This document shows, one piece after another, positions 47,457 through 56,899 of a stretch of DNA of 64,000 nucleotides. Made by a program: the position numbers and the translations under genes. This DNA is from a virus, in IMG/VR virus record IMGVR_UViG_3300038443_002312, positions 32,001-96,000 of that record; one strand, written 5' to 3'. The notes below the pieces were generated by a model. It searched no databases. It was not told where the DNA came from and worked only from the letters and a program-made list of their open reading frames with translations. Each line of letters starts with the position of its first letter. Positions within the stretch are counted from its first letter, which is position 1.

Positions 47457-47816
47457 TCACAGTTTGACCCGCGACCGGTCGCACAAAATCGTCAGGGCCC
47501 GGGCCGAGAAGTCGGCCGGGTCCTCCGGCTCGACGTCGGCCGGGTGGTCGGCGTACGGGAGCCCGCACTGCTCGCACACGCACCGGGCCCCGGCCCGGGT
47601 GAAGTTCCGCCGCAACTCCCGGACCTCCGCCGCCGGCATCGTCACCGCCTCGACCCGCAGGGCGACGGCCACGTACCGCTTGAGGGGCGGCCGCAGGGCG
47701 GCGGCCATGCGCAGGAGCTCCGGGATCACGACCCGGCCGCCCCTCCTCGGCCGCCGCAGGCCCCCGGTCGCGGCCAGGCGGGCCGCCGACCGGACCATCC
47801 GCTCCGTGTCGGTCAT
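47457..47816 (-). CDS. Hypothetical protein
   Basis: RAG...CEQCG..Y..HP...LCD. Confidence 0.55.
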   Translation of the reverse strand: MTDTERMVRSAARLAATGGLRRPRRGGRVVIPELLRMAAALRPPLKRYVAVALRVEAVTMPAAEVRELRRNFTRAGARCVCEQCGLPYADHPADVEPEDPADFSARALTILCDRSRVKL

Positions 47817-47827
47817 CGAAACACCTC

Positions 47828-48145
47828 CTAGAGCCCGTTGTCGCGGCCCAGGGGCGAGGGCCGCGGGAAATCGGAACAGCACGTCGGGCACGGGACGGCC
47901 GCCCCCATAGTCGACCGGGCCCCCTCCCCGTCCCCGGCGCAGTCCGGGCACACCACCTCGATCGCCCTCGCCCGCTTCCGCCCGGCGCGCGAGTTCCGGC
48001 ACAGCAGTTCGACGTCCCCGCCGACCCACCGGATCGTCGCGAACAGGTCGGGCCCGCGGCGGACCGTGCCGACCCGGAACGTGTCCCCGACGTCCTCGCG
48101 GACCACGTCGCCGGGATTCAGGGCCGTCAGTTGTTCCGGGGTCAT
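47828..48145 (-). CDS. Zn-ribbon hypothetical protein
   Basis: CPDCAGDG...CPTC. Confidence 0.55.
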   Translation of the reverse strand: MTPEQLTALNPGDVVREDVGDTFRVGTVRRGPDLFATIRWVGGDVELLCRNSRAGRKRARAIEVVCPDCAGDGEGARSTMGAAVPCPTCCSDFPRPSPLGRDNGL

Positions 48146-48480
48146 TTCGGTGCCTCCGGCTTCTCCGGCCCCAGGGCCCCCAGCCCGGCCGCGGTGATCG
48201 TCCATTCTTCCGCGAAATCGCCGCCCTTCCCGTCGGCCGGTTCCACCAGCTTCCGGTCGATCAGCCGGTGGGCGGTCTTCCACCACACGAACACGTTGTT
48301 CTTGGGGACCTTGTCGAGCACCGCCCACCCGTACCCGCCGCCCATGTTCACCAGCCTCCGCCCGGATCGCATCGGCCCCAGGGCCGCGCGGTCGAGCGGG
48401 GTCAGCCGGGCCTTCTGGCCCGGGGCCGGCGGGGCCAGTTTCTTCCGCTTCGCCACCGCCCACCTCGCTTTCTCGGCCAA
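48142..48480 (-). CDS. wHTH-like hypothetical protein (start uncertain)
   Basis: TAHRLIDRKLVE...WTITAAG. Confidence 0.55.
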   Translation of the reverse strand: MAEKARWAVAKRKKLAPPAPGQKARLTPLDRAALGPMRSGRRLVNMGGGYGWAVLDKVPKNNVFVWWKTAHRLIDRKLVEPADGKGGDFAEEWTITAAGLGALGPEKPEAPK

Positions 48481-48492
48481 CCGGTTGGCGGG

Positions 48493-48723
48493 TCACTCCG
48501 CCTCGAACACGGCGACGATGGTCTCGTTCAGTTCCGCCGGGCCCGTCATGAGCCGGTGGAAGGCGAACGAGTGCAGCCGGTACCCCCGGCGGCGGTTGAC
48601 CTCCAGGACCTCCTCGAACTTCTGGCGGACGAACTCGGACGGGTCCCCCGCCCCCGGGCGCGCCCCGAACCAGTTCTTGGAAATCTCCGCCACGATGTAC
48701 CGCTGTTTTCCGCCCTCGCGCAT
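48493..48723 (-). CDS. Hypothetical protein
   Basis: IVAEISKNW...FEEV..N..RGY. Confidence 0.6.
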   Translation of the reverse strand: MREGGKQRYIVAEISKNWFGARPGAGDPSEFVRQKFEEVLEVNRRRGYRLHSFAFHRLMTGPAELNETIVAVFEAE

Positions 48724-48753
48724 CGCCGTCCTCCGGGGTGTGGGTGGGTGGGG

Positions 48754-50004
48754 TCAGTCGGCCAGGCGGCCGAGGGCCTGGAGCAGGGCGGCGGCCGCCC
48801 CGGCCCGGGCCAGGGCGGCCGCCCGGTCCTCGGCCAGTCTCCGGGCCTCCTCCAACTGGGCCTCGGCCGCCGCGAGGGCGGTCTTGGCCGGCTCGTGCCG
48901 GGCCCGGGCGGCCTCGCGGGCGTCCCGCGCCTCGGCCGCCTCGGCCGCCCGCATGTCGCGGACCCGGACCGCCGCCCGGAACTCCTCCTCGGCGCGGGCG
49001 GCGGCGCGGGCGGCCTGGGCGGCGGCCGCCTGCCGGTCCTCGTCCCAGGCGACGGCCTCGGCGTGCGCGGCCGCGAGCGGGCCGGCCTGGGCCCGGGCGG
49101 CGGCGGCGGCGGCCTCCAGTTCGCCGACCATGTCGGCCCCGGCCCGGCTGTCCCGGGCCAGCCCGAGCAGGCGGTCGAGCCCGGCGCGGATCTTGCCCTC
49201 GTCGGCCGCCAGGCCGGCCACCAGGGCCGCCAGGTCGGCCGGGGGCGGCGGGGCCGGGGGCGGCCCGCCCGGGGGCGGGTCGGCGGGAATCACCCCGGCG
49301 GCGCGGGCGACGGCCTCGTTCAGGTCCTGGGGCTTCACGTCCGTCCGCCCGGTGTTCAGGTCGATGTCGAACGTGTACGCGTTCCCGGCGACGGTCAGTT
49401 CCCACTGGCGGGGCCCGCGGAAGGCCCGGACGCGGACCGGGTCCTTCCGCTGGCTGGCGTTCCTGGCCCGGTGGCAGTCGCGGACGAAGGCCCGCCAGCC
49501 GAAGTCCCGGCCGTACGGGGTCCGGTCCAGGAAGGCGATGAGGGCGGCCTGCCCGAACTGGTCCCAGTCGTCGGCGGCCTCGTGCCGGACGTTGACGTTG
49601 GTGGTGACGAGCGCCTGAGCGGGTATCGCGAACGACACGTACGGCCCCCAGATGGACAGGAGTTTGTCGAACAGGCCGGCCGGGTAGGTCCGGTCGGCCG
49701 CCGCCGGGGGCGCCCCCCGGCGGCACAGGTCGCACGACTTGGTCGCCCCGTCGGCCAGGACCGAGGCGCGGAAGACGGCCATGAACCCGCACCGGCTGAC
49801 GCACTTGTACACGGGCTCGGCCGCGAGACGGCCCTGGGCCCGGGCGGTGACCATCCAGTGCCCGACCGCGGTGAACGCCCAGTCGTACGCCCCGGACTGG
49901 TCGGGCGGGTTCTTCGGCGGCAGTCGCGGGTGCTTCTTGATCTTGCCCCGGACGTCGCCCAGGGCGTCTTTCCAGTTCATCGGTGCTCCCGGAGAGAGGA
50001 CCAC
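48754..50004 (-). CDS. Hypothetical protein with C-terminal coiled coil
   Basis: 416 aa ORF, Ala-rich heptads. Confidence 0.6.
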   Translation of the reverse strand: MVLSPGAPMNWKDALGDVRGKIKKHPRLPPKNPPDQSGAYDWAFTAVGHWMVTARAQGRLAAEPVYKCVSRCGFMAVFRASVLADGATKSCDLCRRGAPPAAADRTYPAGLFDKLLSIWGPYVSFAIPAQALVTTNVNVRHEAADDWDQFGQAALIAFLDRTPYGRDFGWRAFVRDCHRARNASQRKDPVRVRAFRGPRQWELTVAGNAYTFDIDLNTGRTDVKPQDLNEAVARAAGVIPADPPPGGPPPAPPPPADLAALVAGLAADEGKIRAGLDRLLGLARDSRAGADMVGELEAAAAAARAQAGPLAAAHAEAVAWDEDRQAAAAQAARAAARAEEEFRAAVRVRDMRAAEAAEARDAREAARARHEPAKTALAAAEAQLEEARRLAEDRAAALARAGAAAALLQALGRLAD

Positions 50005-50034
50005 GGAACCCCGTCGCGGCCCGGAACGGAACGG

Positions 50035-50370
50035 TCAGACCCGGGTGACGACGTCGGCCCCGAGCATCCCGGAGGCGAACGCGACGGCGATCCGGTCGGC
50101 CAGGGCGGCGGCCTCGCCGCCCGCCCCGGTCGTCAGGTACAGCCGCGGGGACCCGTCCGGCCCGAGGACGGCGACCCGGTAGAACCGGGTCGGGTTGGCG
50201 CAGACCTCGACCGACACCTCGCGCCCGTCCGGGCCCTTCGCCTCGTAGTACACGCACGGGACGAAGACCCCGGGCGGGAGTTTGTCCACCGGCCCGACCC
50301 ACCGCCCCTTGGGGAAGTGGCCGGGTTCGTCCGGCTTGACCTCGTACGCCTTGGCCAGGAAGTCCGCCAT
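50035..50370 (-). CDS. Hypothetical protein
   Basis: ATG 50370 behind CCTCACGAGG RBS element. Confidence 0.55.
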   Translation of the reverse strand: MADFLAKAYEVKPDEPGHFPKGRWVGPVDKLPPGVFVPCVYYEAKGPDGREVSVEVCANPTRFYRVAVLGPDGSPRLYLTTGAGGEAAALADRIAVAFASGMLGADVVTRV

Positions 50371-50408
50371 CGCCCGCCCTCGTGAGGAATGGATTTGCCA
50401 ATTCGCTG

Positions 50409-50735
50409 TCAGATGACCGCGTTGTCCCGCGCCCACCGCTCGACCACCTCGACGTCGATGTACCCGCCCCGGTCCCGGACCCGGCCGAAGACCGCCTTCG
50501 GCACCCACCACTCGTCCCCGTCGTGCCGGACCAGGGCGGCCTTGTCGGTCTGCCGGACGACCGCCGCCCGGCACAGCCACACCGTCCGCGGGTCGCCCGT
50601 GTCGGGGTCGACCGCGTCGTACGCGTCCGCCCGCGGGAGCGGCCCGTCCCCGATCACGCGGTGGGCCCCGGCCGCCCCGGGTCGCTCTCCCCGGGTGGCT
50701 GTCTCCTGTCTTTTGTTCGGTCTTGCTCGCGCCAT
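50409..50735 (-). CDS. Hypothetical protein
   Basis: TDKAALV....WVPKA. Confidence 0.55.
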   Translation of the reverse strand: MARARPNKRQETATRGERPGAAGAHRVIGDGPLPRADAYDAVDPDTGDPRTVWLCRAAVVRQTDKAALVRHDGDEWWVPKAVFGRVRDRGGYIDVEVVERWARDNAVI

Positions 50736-51177
50736 CGTCGCACCGATTCACCCCGGGACTCGGCCGGCCCCGGCAACTCTCCCCGGACACCCCACCGGCA
50801 CACCCGGGAGGGCCACTCTTGGGGCGAAGGGGGCGGGCTGCGGACCGACCCCTGCCCGCAGGACAGGGGGCGGCCGTCTCGTACTCCCGGGTTTGAAGTC
50901 CGGCGGTATGAGACCGTCCCCGGTGTTTGGTTCGCGCATCCGGGGCTTTCACCCTGCGCGCCGCGGAGGTTGGAGCCGGCAAGGGTCGGACACAGTCCGG
51001 CTTTCCGCGGTACGGCAACCCGCGACCGGGCCGCCGGAACGTCTCTACTGGTTCTTCTGTCCGCCCGAGACGCGGCGGTCCCCAGTGCCCGCAGGCCGCC
51101 CGGGGTCGGCGTCTTGCCATTCGGAGGCTGTCCCGCCAACTGGTTGGCAGGTCGCGACGGTTTTGGGCAATGGGGTA

Positions 51178-51206
51178 TTGAACCGACGGACGTGTGAGGC
51201 TAGAAT
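51178..51206 (+). promoter_or_regulatory. Antisense sigma70-like promoter TTGAAC-N17-TAGAAT
   Basis: Correct spacing, followed by short transcript and terminator. Confidence 0.65.
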
Positions 51207-51211
51207 TGCCC

Positions 51212-51289
51212 TCGCGTCGGTCGGTTCCCCTGCCAAGGGACCGTCGCACTCAGGACCGCGGTGGTTAGCGCCACCGCGGTCTTTTTCTT
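51212..51289 (+). ncRNA. Putative ~80-nt antisense regulatory RNA
   Basis: Promoter, hairpin GGTTCCC-CTGCCAA-GGGACC, terminator hairpin. Confidence 0.5.
51254..51289 (+). terminator. Rho-independent terminator
   Basis: GACCGCGGTGG-TTAGCG-CCACCGCGGTC then TTTTTCTT. Confidence 0.75.
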
Positions 51290-51298
51290 CCCAAACAC

Positions 51299-51793
51299 TT
51301 ATACCCCGGTCTGAGCGGACCGGCAACTCGTTTTCCCGGAAGGCGCGCCTTTGGGCCGCTTCGGTGGGGTCATTTTCTTCGCCGCCCGGGCCCCCGCGGC
51401 CGGGTCGAACTCCTCGGCGTAGTACCGGCCGCCGCACCCGCGGCAGTCCAGGACGACGACCTTCTTGTACAGGCCCCCGGTCACGTTCTCGCCGGCCCCG
51501 CCGCACGCCGGGCACGGGGGCAGGTCCGGGTAGACGCCCGCCCACCGCCGGGCGGCGGCCAGGGCGGCGGCGAGGTCCGGGAACGGGGCGACCGCCGGGC
51601 CGGCGGTCGCGGGGGTGCGGTCGGCCTTGGTCCGCAGGTCGGTGATCCGGACCGTCCCGTCGAGGGCGTCCCAGACGGCGAACCCGCCGACCAGGGCGCG
51701 GAGTTTGGCGACCGGGAGGCCGAGCCGGTTCAGCGCCTGGCGGGCGGTGCGGTGGACCATGGCTTTCCGGGACGGCGGGCGGGGCGAGGGCAC
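51299..51793 (-). CDS. Zn-ribbon hypothetical protein
   Basis: CPACG...CRGCG. Confidence 0.55.
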   Translation of the reverse strand: MPSPRPPSRKAMVHRTARQALNRLGLPVAKLRALVGGFAVWDALDGTVRITDLRTKADRTPATAGPAVAPFPDLAAALAAARRWAGVYPDLPPCPACGGAGENVTGGLYKKVVVLDCRGCGGRYYAEEFDPAAGARAAKKMTPPKRPKGAPSGKTSCRSAQTGV

Positions 51794-51796
51794 GGG

Positions 51797-52501
51797 TTAC
51801 TCCTTCGGGGGGTCTCCGGTTTCGACACTGTGGGCGATGGCGTCCCAGATCTCGGGGTTGGGGTAGGCGTTGAGGTGGGCCAGCGGGGTCCCGTCCGGGG
51901 CCTCCGGGGCGGCCGGGCCGCCGCCCCAGTCCCGCCCGTCCCACGCCCACCCGGCGTCGGACAGGACGCCGGGCAGGTCGGGCAGGTAGTGCTGCGGGTA
52001 CCCGGGCAGGCGGGCGGCCGACGCGTTCCCGCCCGGCGTCCCCCGGCTGGCCCAGACGAGAATCACCTTGTCGTACCCGAGCGTGTACTCCCGCAGCCCG
52101 ACCCGCAGGGCGTGCTCGGCGTAGCACGCCTTCCGGCCGGCCTGCCCGCAGGCGGGGCACGCCGGGCACTTGCACGACTCGGGCGGGTGCTTGCACACCG
52201 CGCACGCCCGCTCGGTCAACTTCACGCGCCACAACGCGGCGATCTCCGGGGCCCCGCCGACCGAGACGCCCAGGGCCCGGCCGCCGGGCTCGTCGGCCTC
52301 GTACAGCGTGACCGACCCGAGGCCGTCCTCGGCGAACATCCTCTCCAACTCGTCCGGCGTGGCGGCCTCGCGGGGCGGGTCTCCTTCGTGCGCGCCCCGG
52401 CCGATGTACCTCGCGTAGTAGATCACAGGAACTCCAGGGTGGGGGCGACTCTCAGGCGGCCGGCGCCCGGGCCTTGCCCGGGAAGTCGACCAAAGCGGCA
52501 T
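51797..52501 (-). CDS. Cys-rich hypothetical protein (start uncertain)
   Basis: CAVC..PPESCKCPACPACG. Confidence 0.55.
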   Translation of the reverse strand: MPLWSTSRARPGRRPPESRPHPGVPVIYYARYIGRGAHEGDPPREAATPDELERMFAEDGLGSVTLYEADEPGGRALGVSVGGAPEIAALWRVKLTERACAVCKHPPESCKCPACPACGQAGRKACYAEHALRVGLREYTLGYDKVILVWASRGTPGGNASAARLPGYPQHYLPDLPGVLSDAGWAWDGRDWGGGPAAPEAPDGTPLAHLNAYPNPEIWDAIAHSVETGDPPKE

Positions 52502-52871
52502 TCTTAGCGGGATCGGCGTCGATCGTCGCCTGGTCCCGCCGGCCGGCCGCGGTCCGCCGGTTGATCGTGGCGGGGCAGATGAGACCGAGTTGCCGGGTCA
52601 GGTAGAAGTGCCCCATGTCGAGGGTGTGGCACGTCTGGAGCCCGCACGTCGGGCAGGTGTTGACGTGCTGGTCGGCGCAGGCGCACCCCGACCGGTTGAC
52701 CCGGTCGCAGAACGGGCAGGCGTTCTCCCGCATCCACACGGACCGCGGGGCCCCGCACCGGGGCTCGTACCGGGGGCGGGCGTGGGCCTCGCACTTCTGG
52801 TCGCGGCGGCCGTCGGTGGCGGCGAGCTTGGAATTGTCGACGCACCCGCAGGGCAGTTTCGGCGTGGGCAT
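52452..52871 (-). CDS. Cys-rich hypothetical protein
   Basis: GGAGG RBS; many Cys. Confidence 0.55.
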   Translation of the reverse strand: MPTPKLPCGCVDNSKLAATDGRRDQKCEAHARPRYEPRCGAPRSVWMRENACPFCDRVNRSGCACADQHVNTCPTCGLQTCHTLDMGHFYLTRQLGLICPATINRRTAAGRRDQATIDADPAKNAALVDFPGKARAPAA

Positions 52872-52940
52872 AAAACCTCCGTGCTCGGGCGGCCGGCGGG
52901 CATGATACCCGGCCGGCCGCGGGGGATGGAAGGCCCGTCG

Positions 52941-53525
52941 TCAGGCCGTCCCGCCGTCCTCGCGGCGGACGAACGACCGGCCGAGTTTCGGGGTGACGGC
53001 GTCGGCGGCGGCCTGCTCGGGGTCGGCCCGGGCCGCCTCGGCCGCCGCCTTGACGGCGGCCTTGACGGCGGCCTTGAACCCCTTCTCGTCGCGGACGAGC
53101 TTGACCCCCTTCATGATCTTCGTCAGTTCCTCCTGGAACTTCCGGTCGGCCTCCGCCCGCCGCCGGTTCAGGTCGGCGAGTTTGGCCAGGGTCTCGTCGT
53201 CGGCGACGAAGTAGTCGTCGTACTTCCGCTTGAAGACGCGCTTCCCGTCGGCGGTGACGAGCTTGTTGTCGTGCCACTCGGCGGCGTCCACGACCTCGGC
53301 GTTGTTGCTGTAGAAGGTCAGGGATGTCGACACGGTGAACAGCCGGACGGTCGGGCGGCCGGCCTGGACCAGCCGGTCGATCGTCTGGAGGGTCGCTTTC
53401 TTGACCCACCGGCCGCCCCACTCGACGCAGAACTTGCCGTCCGGGGCGAGGTAGCCGGGGTGCGGGCCGTCGCGGAACAGGGTGGCCGTCTGGCCGTGGA
53501 TCGTCACGGTCTTCGGTGCGGGCAT
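52941..53525 (-). CDS. Hypothetical protein
   Basis: GGAGG RBS. Confidence 0.65.
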   Translation of the reverse strand: MPAPKTVTIHGQTATLFRDGPHPGYLAPDGKFCVEWGGRWVKKATLQTIDRLVQAGRPTVRLFTVSTSLTFYSNNAEVVDAAEWHDNKLVTADGKRVFKRKYDDYFVADDETLAKLADLNRRRAEADRKFQEELTKIMKGVKLVRDEKGFKAAVKAAVKAAAEAARADPEQAAADAVTPKLGRSFVRREDGGTA

Positions 53526-53564
53526 GTCGGGCCTCCGGGTGAAGCGGGCGAAGGGGCGGCCGGG

Positions 53565-53768
53565 TCAGGGGGCGGCGGGTGCCGCCTTCCCCTCCTTCTC
53601 GGCCAGGTGCTTGCGGATCTGCTTGTCGACCCGGCGGAGCCGGGCCCGGGCCTTGTTGGCCGCGGTCAGGGCCCGGCCGAGCCGGGCGTACCACCGGTCG
53701 AACTCGGCCCCGGCCTTCGCCTGCTTGTCCTTCAGGGTCGCCAGGACCGGGTCTGCTTTCTTGGCCAC
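53565..53768 (-). CDS. Small basic coiled-coil protein
   Basis: GTG 53768 with GGAGG. Confidence 0.55.
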   Translation of the reverse strand: MAKKADPVLATLKDKQAKAGAEFDRWYARLGRALTAANKARARLRRVDKQIRKHLAEKEGKAAPAAP

Positions 53769-53836
53769 GTGCGATACCTCCGGGGATGGGTGGGCGAAGG
53801 GGCGGCCGGCCCGGGTGGGGGCCGGTCGCTGGGGGC

Positions 53837-54868
53837 TCAGCGGTCGACGACGACCAGGCACGTCTTGACGCCGGTCGAGCGGAACGCCCCCTCGAACGCG
53901 CCGTCCGGGAGGTCGTACCGCTCCCCGCCGACCTCGTCGAACCACTCGCGGAACTCCGCCGCCTTCCGGTCCGCCCGGAAGAACGGGCCGGTCGACATGA
54001 CGGACACGAGTCGTCCGCCGGGCCGCAACAGGGCGTGTGCGTGGCGGACGTGCAGGATGTCCTGGCCACTTTCAAAGGGGGGATTGGCAAGAACCCGATC
54101 GTACAACTCGGCGCGGGCCGTCCAGCTTCTCCCGGTAGCGTCCATTTCAGATGGCAACTGTTCCGGGGCTGGCAACTGAAGGAAGTCCTCACCGATCACC
54201 GTGTGCCCCTTCGCGGTCAGGATCTCCCGCAATTGGTGGTTGATCTCGCACACGTCGACCGCCGCGTCGGGGAACGCCCCGCGGACGGCGTCGGCGATGT
54301 CCCCCTTGCCGGCCGACGGTTCCAGGACCCGCAACCCGGTCTTCCCGAGGACGTCCGCCAGGTCGATCATCCGGGCGATGACCGGGGCCGGGGTCGGGAA
54401 GAACCCGGGGATCTGGGCGAACCGGACGCGGGCCTCCAGGTCGCGGATCTTCGCGACCCGCGCCGCCTCTTCCTGCGCCGCCTTGTCCTCCGGCGACTGC
54501 CGGCCGTCCAGCCACTCCCGCAGGGCGACGGCCGTCTTGCTCGTGTCGTGGAACTCCCCGGTGTCGCGGAGCGAGTAGTGCCCGCCGGAATGGTCGACGC
54601 GGGTGGCCAGCATGGCCAGGAGTTCCTTCTTGCCGGCGATCCCGCCCAGGGCGGGCGGGCACCGGCCGGCCTCGTGCGCGTCGGCCAGCTTGAGGAGCGC
54701 GCCCCGGACCCGGGCCAGGTGGTCGGCCTCGATCCGGGCCGACGCGGCCTGCATCTGCCGCTTCGGGGTGTTGTCGAGGCGGGGGTGGCGCTTGTCGGCG
54801 ATTTGCTTGGCCAGCGTCTCGGCCAGCTTGCGGAACCGGGGGGCAATGCTCGCGGTCTTCGGTGGCAT
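53837..54868 (-). CDS. Class I SAM-dependent (gamma-type N6-adenine-like) DNA methyltransferase
   Basis: FFPTP; VLEPSAGKG; NPPF; LRPGGRLV; F...GV. Confidence 0.85.
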   Translation of the reverse strand: MPPKTASIAPRFRKLAETLAKQIADKRHPRLDNTPKRQMQAASARIEADHLARVRGALLKLADAHEAGRCPPALGGIAGKKELLAMLATRVDHSGGHYSLRDTGEFHDTSKTAVALREWLDGRQSPEDKAAQEEAARVAKIRDLEARVRFAQIPGFFPTPAPVIARMIDLADVLGKTGLRVLEPSAGKGDIADAVRGAFPDAAVDVCEINHQLREILTAKGHTVIGEDFLQLPAPEQLPSEMDATGRSWTARAELYDRVLANPPFESGQDILHVRHAHALLRPGGRLVSVMSTGPFFRADRKAAEFREWFDEVGGERYDLPDGAFEGAFRSTGVKTCLVVVDR

Positions 54869-54931
54869 GGGAACCTCAAGGAAGGGTGGGCGGAGGGGCC
54901 GGCGGCCGATCTCTCGGGCCGCCGGCCGGGG

Positions 54932-55264
54932 TCAGGACAGCCAGGGGGTGCCGGTGTCGGTGGCCACGTGGGGCGCCGGCCGCGGGGCCGGCGGGGGCGG
55001 TTCGGTCAGGGCGGCGCCGACGTCCCGGCCGGTCCGGCTCAGGTAGGCGGCCCGGGAGATGGGCCAGAACCCCTCCTGGCCGTCGTTCTTCTCGGGGATC
55101 AACTCGGCCCGGTAGTGGGTCACGGCCGTCCGCTCGCCGCGGACCTTGCGGCCGGTGTGGGTGCCGGTGGTGAACCGGACGCGGCCGGCGGCGGCCAGGG
55201 CGGCGATCGTCGTCACCTCCCCGGTCGCGGCGAGGCGGACCGGGGCGGTCAGGGCAACGGGCAT
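54932..55264 (-). CDS. Hypothetical protein
   Basis: ATG 55264 with GGAGG. Confidence 0.55.
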   Translation of the reverse strand: MPVALTAPVRLAATGEVTTIAALAAAGRVRFTTGTHTGRKVRGERTAVTHYRAELIPEKNDGQEGFWPISRAAYLSRTGRDVGAALTEPPPPAPRPAPHVATDTGTPWLS

Positions 55265-55344
55265 GGGGCCTCCGGGGTCGGGTCGGGCGGAGGGCCGGCC
55301 GGGCCCGGTGGGGGCGGCGGCCGGCGGGTGCCAGTCGGTTGGCG

Positions 55345-55836
55345 TCACTCCAGGTCCTCGCGGACGTCGGCCTCCAGCGTTTCCAGGGCCGCAATCGTGC
55401 CGCCGACCTTCTCGGCCACGGCGGCAATTTCGCTCTCCAGGGCCTGGAGGGCCTTGCGGTGCTCGTCGGCCGCGGTGCTGTCCTCCGGGGCGTCGGGGAC
55501 CTTGATCGCGGTCAGCCGGTCCCAGGTTTTGTCGAGGTCCTTCGCCAGCCTGTCGGCGCGGGTGGTTACCGCCTCGAACACGTCGTCCGCGCCGGCCGCC
55601 TGGCCGGCGAACTCGTCGGCGATTTCCAGCAGGCGGCCGACGTTGACGGGGCGGCCGAGTGCGTGATTGGTCTTCTCGTACTCCAGGTCGTTGAGGAGGG
55701 CCTGGTGCTCAGGCGACAGGGGCCGCTTGGGTTTGCTCGGCTTTTTGGCCGGCTCCGGCGGGGCCGCGCGGCGGGGTTTGGCCGGCCGCTTGGCGGTGGC
55801 CGGGTTCGGGGCCGCGGGGGCTTTCTTGCGGGGCAT
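55345..55836 (-). CDS. Hypothetical protein, basic N-tail plus helical bundle
   Basis: ATG 55836 with GAGG. Confidence 0.6.
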   Translation of the reverse strand: MPRKKAPAAPNPATAKRPAKPRRAAPPEPAKKPSKPKRPLSPEHQALLNDLEYEKTNHALGRPVNVGRLLEIADEFAGQAAGADDVFEAVTTRADRLAKDLDKTWDRLTAIKVPDAPEDSTAADEHRKALQALESEIAAVAEKVGGTIAALETLEADVREDLE

Positions 55837-55898
55837 GTGGGGGCCTCTCGGGGGATCGGGCAGGGGCCGGGCGGTGCGGGTGGCACCGGGCCGGCCGG

Positions 55899-56528
55899 TC
55901 AGGCGGCGGCCGCCGGTTTGCGGCGGCGTTTGCGGGGGCAGAGGGCCAGGGCGGCGAGGTAGGCGCGGACGTGCTCGGTCGGGTGGCCGTGCTCGTCGAG
56001 CCAGTCCGCGGCCGCGCCGATGCCGGCGGCGTCGTCCCAGGTGACGTGGGCCCCGCCGCCGGGGGCCGCGAAGAACGCGGCCCGGATGGCCGGGGTGAGT
56101 TCGGCCATCACCTGGGCGGCGAGCAGGGCCCCGCGGAACACCTCCGACGGGGTCGCCTTGGCCCAGCGGACGGCCGCCGTGCCGTAGCCGAACGGGTAGG
56201 CCGAGCGGTCGCCGCGGAGGCTCCGCGGGGCCGTCATGCGGGCCACGTGGATGAGCACGTACCGGGTGCGGGTCGCCGGGTCGGTGAGCCACGCGTAGCC
56301 GGCGACGGTGCACGTCCGGTGGGGGACCGGGAGGTCGGCCGCGTGGGCGTGCCGGGTCGCGACCCCGTGGCCGCTCGACGCCATGTGGAACTCCGGGTGC
56401 CGCCACTCGGCCGGCAGGACGTCCAGGGCCGCCAGCCGGTTGGCGTGGCCGGCGTTGGCCAGCTCGCACATCCGGCGGAGTTCCGCGTTGACGGTTTCGA
56501 GCGTCGGATTGACCAGTAGTTTCACCAT
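55899..56528 (-). CDS. Hypothetical protein with C-terminal TIGR02996-like motif
   Basis: DDAAGIGAAADWLDEHG; spans the CCC/GGG boundary. Confidence 0.65.
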   Translation of the reverse strand: MVKLLVNPTLETVNAELRRMCELANAGHANRLAALDVLPAEWRHPEFHMASSGHGVATRHAHAADLPVPHRTCTVAGYAWLTDPATRTRYVLIHVARMTAPRSLRGDRSAYPFGYGTAAVRWAKATPSEVFRGALLAAQVMAELTPAIRAAFFAAPGGGAHVTWDDAAGIGAAADWLDEHGHPTEHVRAYLAALALCPRKRRRKPAAAA

Positions 56529-56595
56529 GTGTGGACCTCCGGAACACGTTCAAGACAGGCGACCGGACGGCGGTAAGGCGGTGCGGTCGGTGCGG

Positions 56596-56838
56596 CTAGG
56601 CCGCGCAGTAAGGCTTCCAGTTCCTGACTTGCTCTCCGTTGAACCATCGTCCTTCATCGTGGTACAGATCGAATAGCCAACCGGATGACTTGAGAGATTC
56701 GGCCTCTCGCTTCGTATCGACCGTGGCCAGAGTTCCGCCGGACTTGTTACGCAGCCTCCATTTCCGGCCGTGTTTTTGGACGGTCCAACCGGACGGCGGA
56801 TCGGCGTCATGTTCTTCCGGTGTTGCGTGCAACGCCAT
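56596..56838 (-). CDS. Early small hypothetical protein
   Basis: CCTCGCGAGG RBS cassette. Confidence 0.7.
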   Translation of the reverse strand: MALHATPEEHDADPPSGWTVQKHGRKWRLRNKSGGTLATVDTKREAESLKSSGWLFDLYHDEGRWFNGEQVRNWKPYCAA

Positions 56839-56899
56839 GTGTGGACCTCGCGAGGAAGAGAACAGGACCGGCCGGCGGACTTCTCCGCCGGCCGGCCGA

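Noticed and set aside
50035-51249. 404-aa ORF spanning the non-coding region
   Set aside because: Atypical composition in the 5' part and it overlaps 50409-50735; only the last 111 codons look like a real gene.
2100-55666. Many long + strand ORFs (e.g. 32446-35514, 35156-38206, 38698-42012)
   Set aside because: Antisense shadows of real minus-strand genes in very GC-rich DNA; Arg/Pro/Gly-rich, no motifs or RBS.
48700-56400. GC-skew switch near 51 kb as replication origin
   Set aside because: The + strand looks more G-rich right of 51 kb, but similar patches occur at 30-32 kb; cannot be supported without computation.
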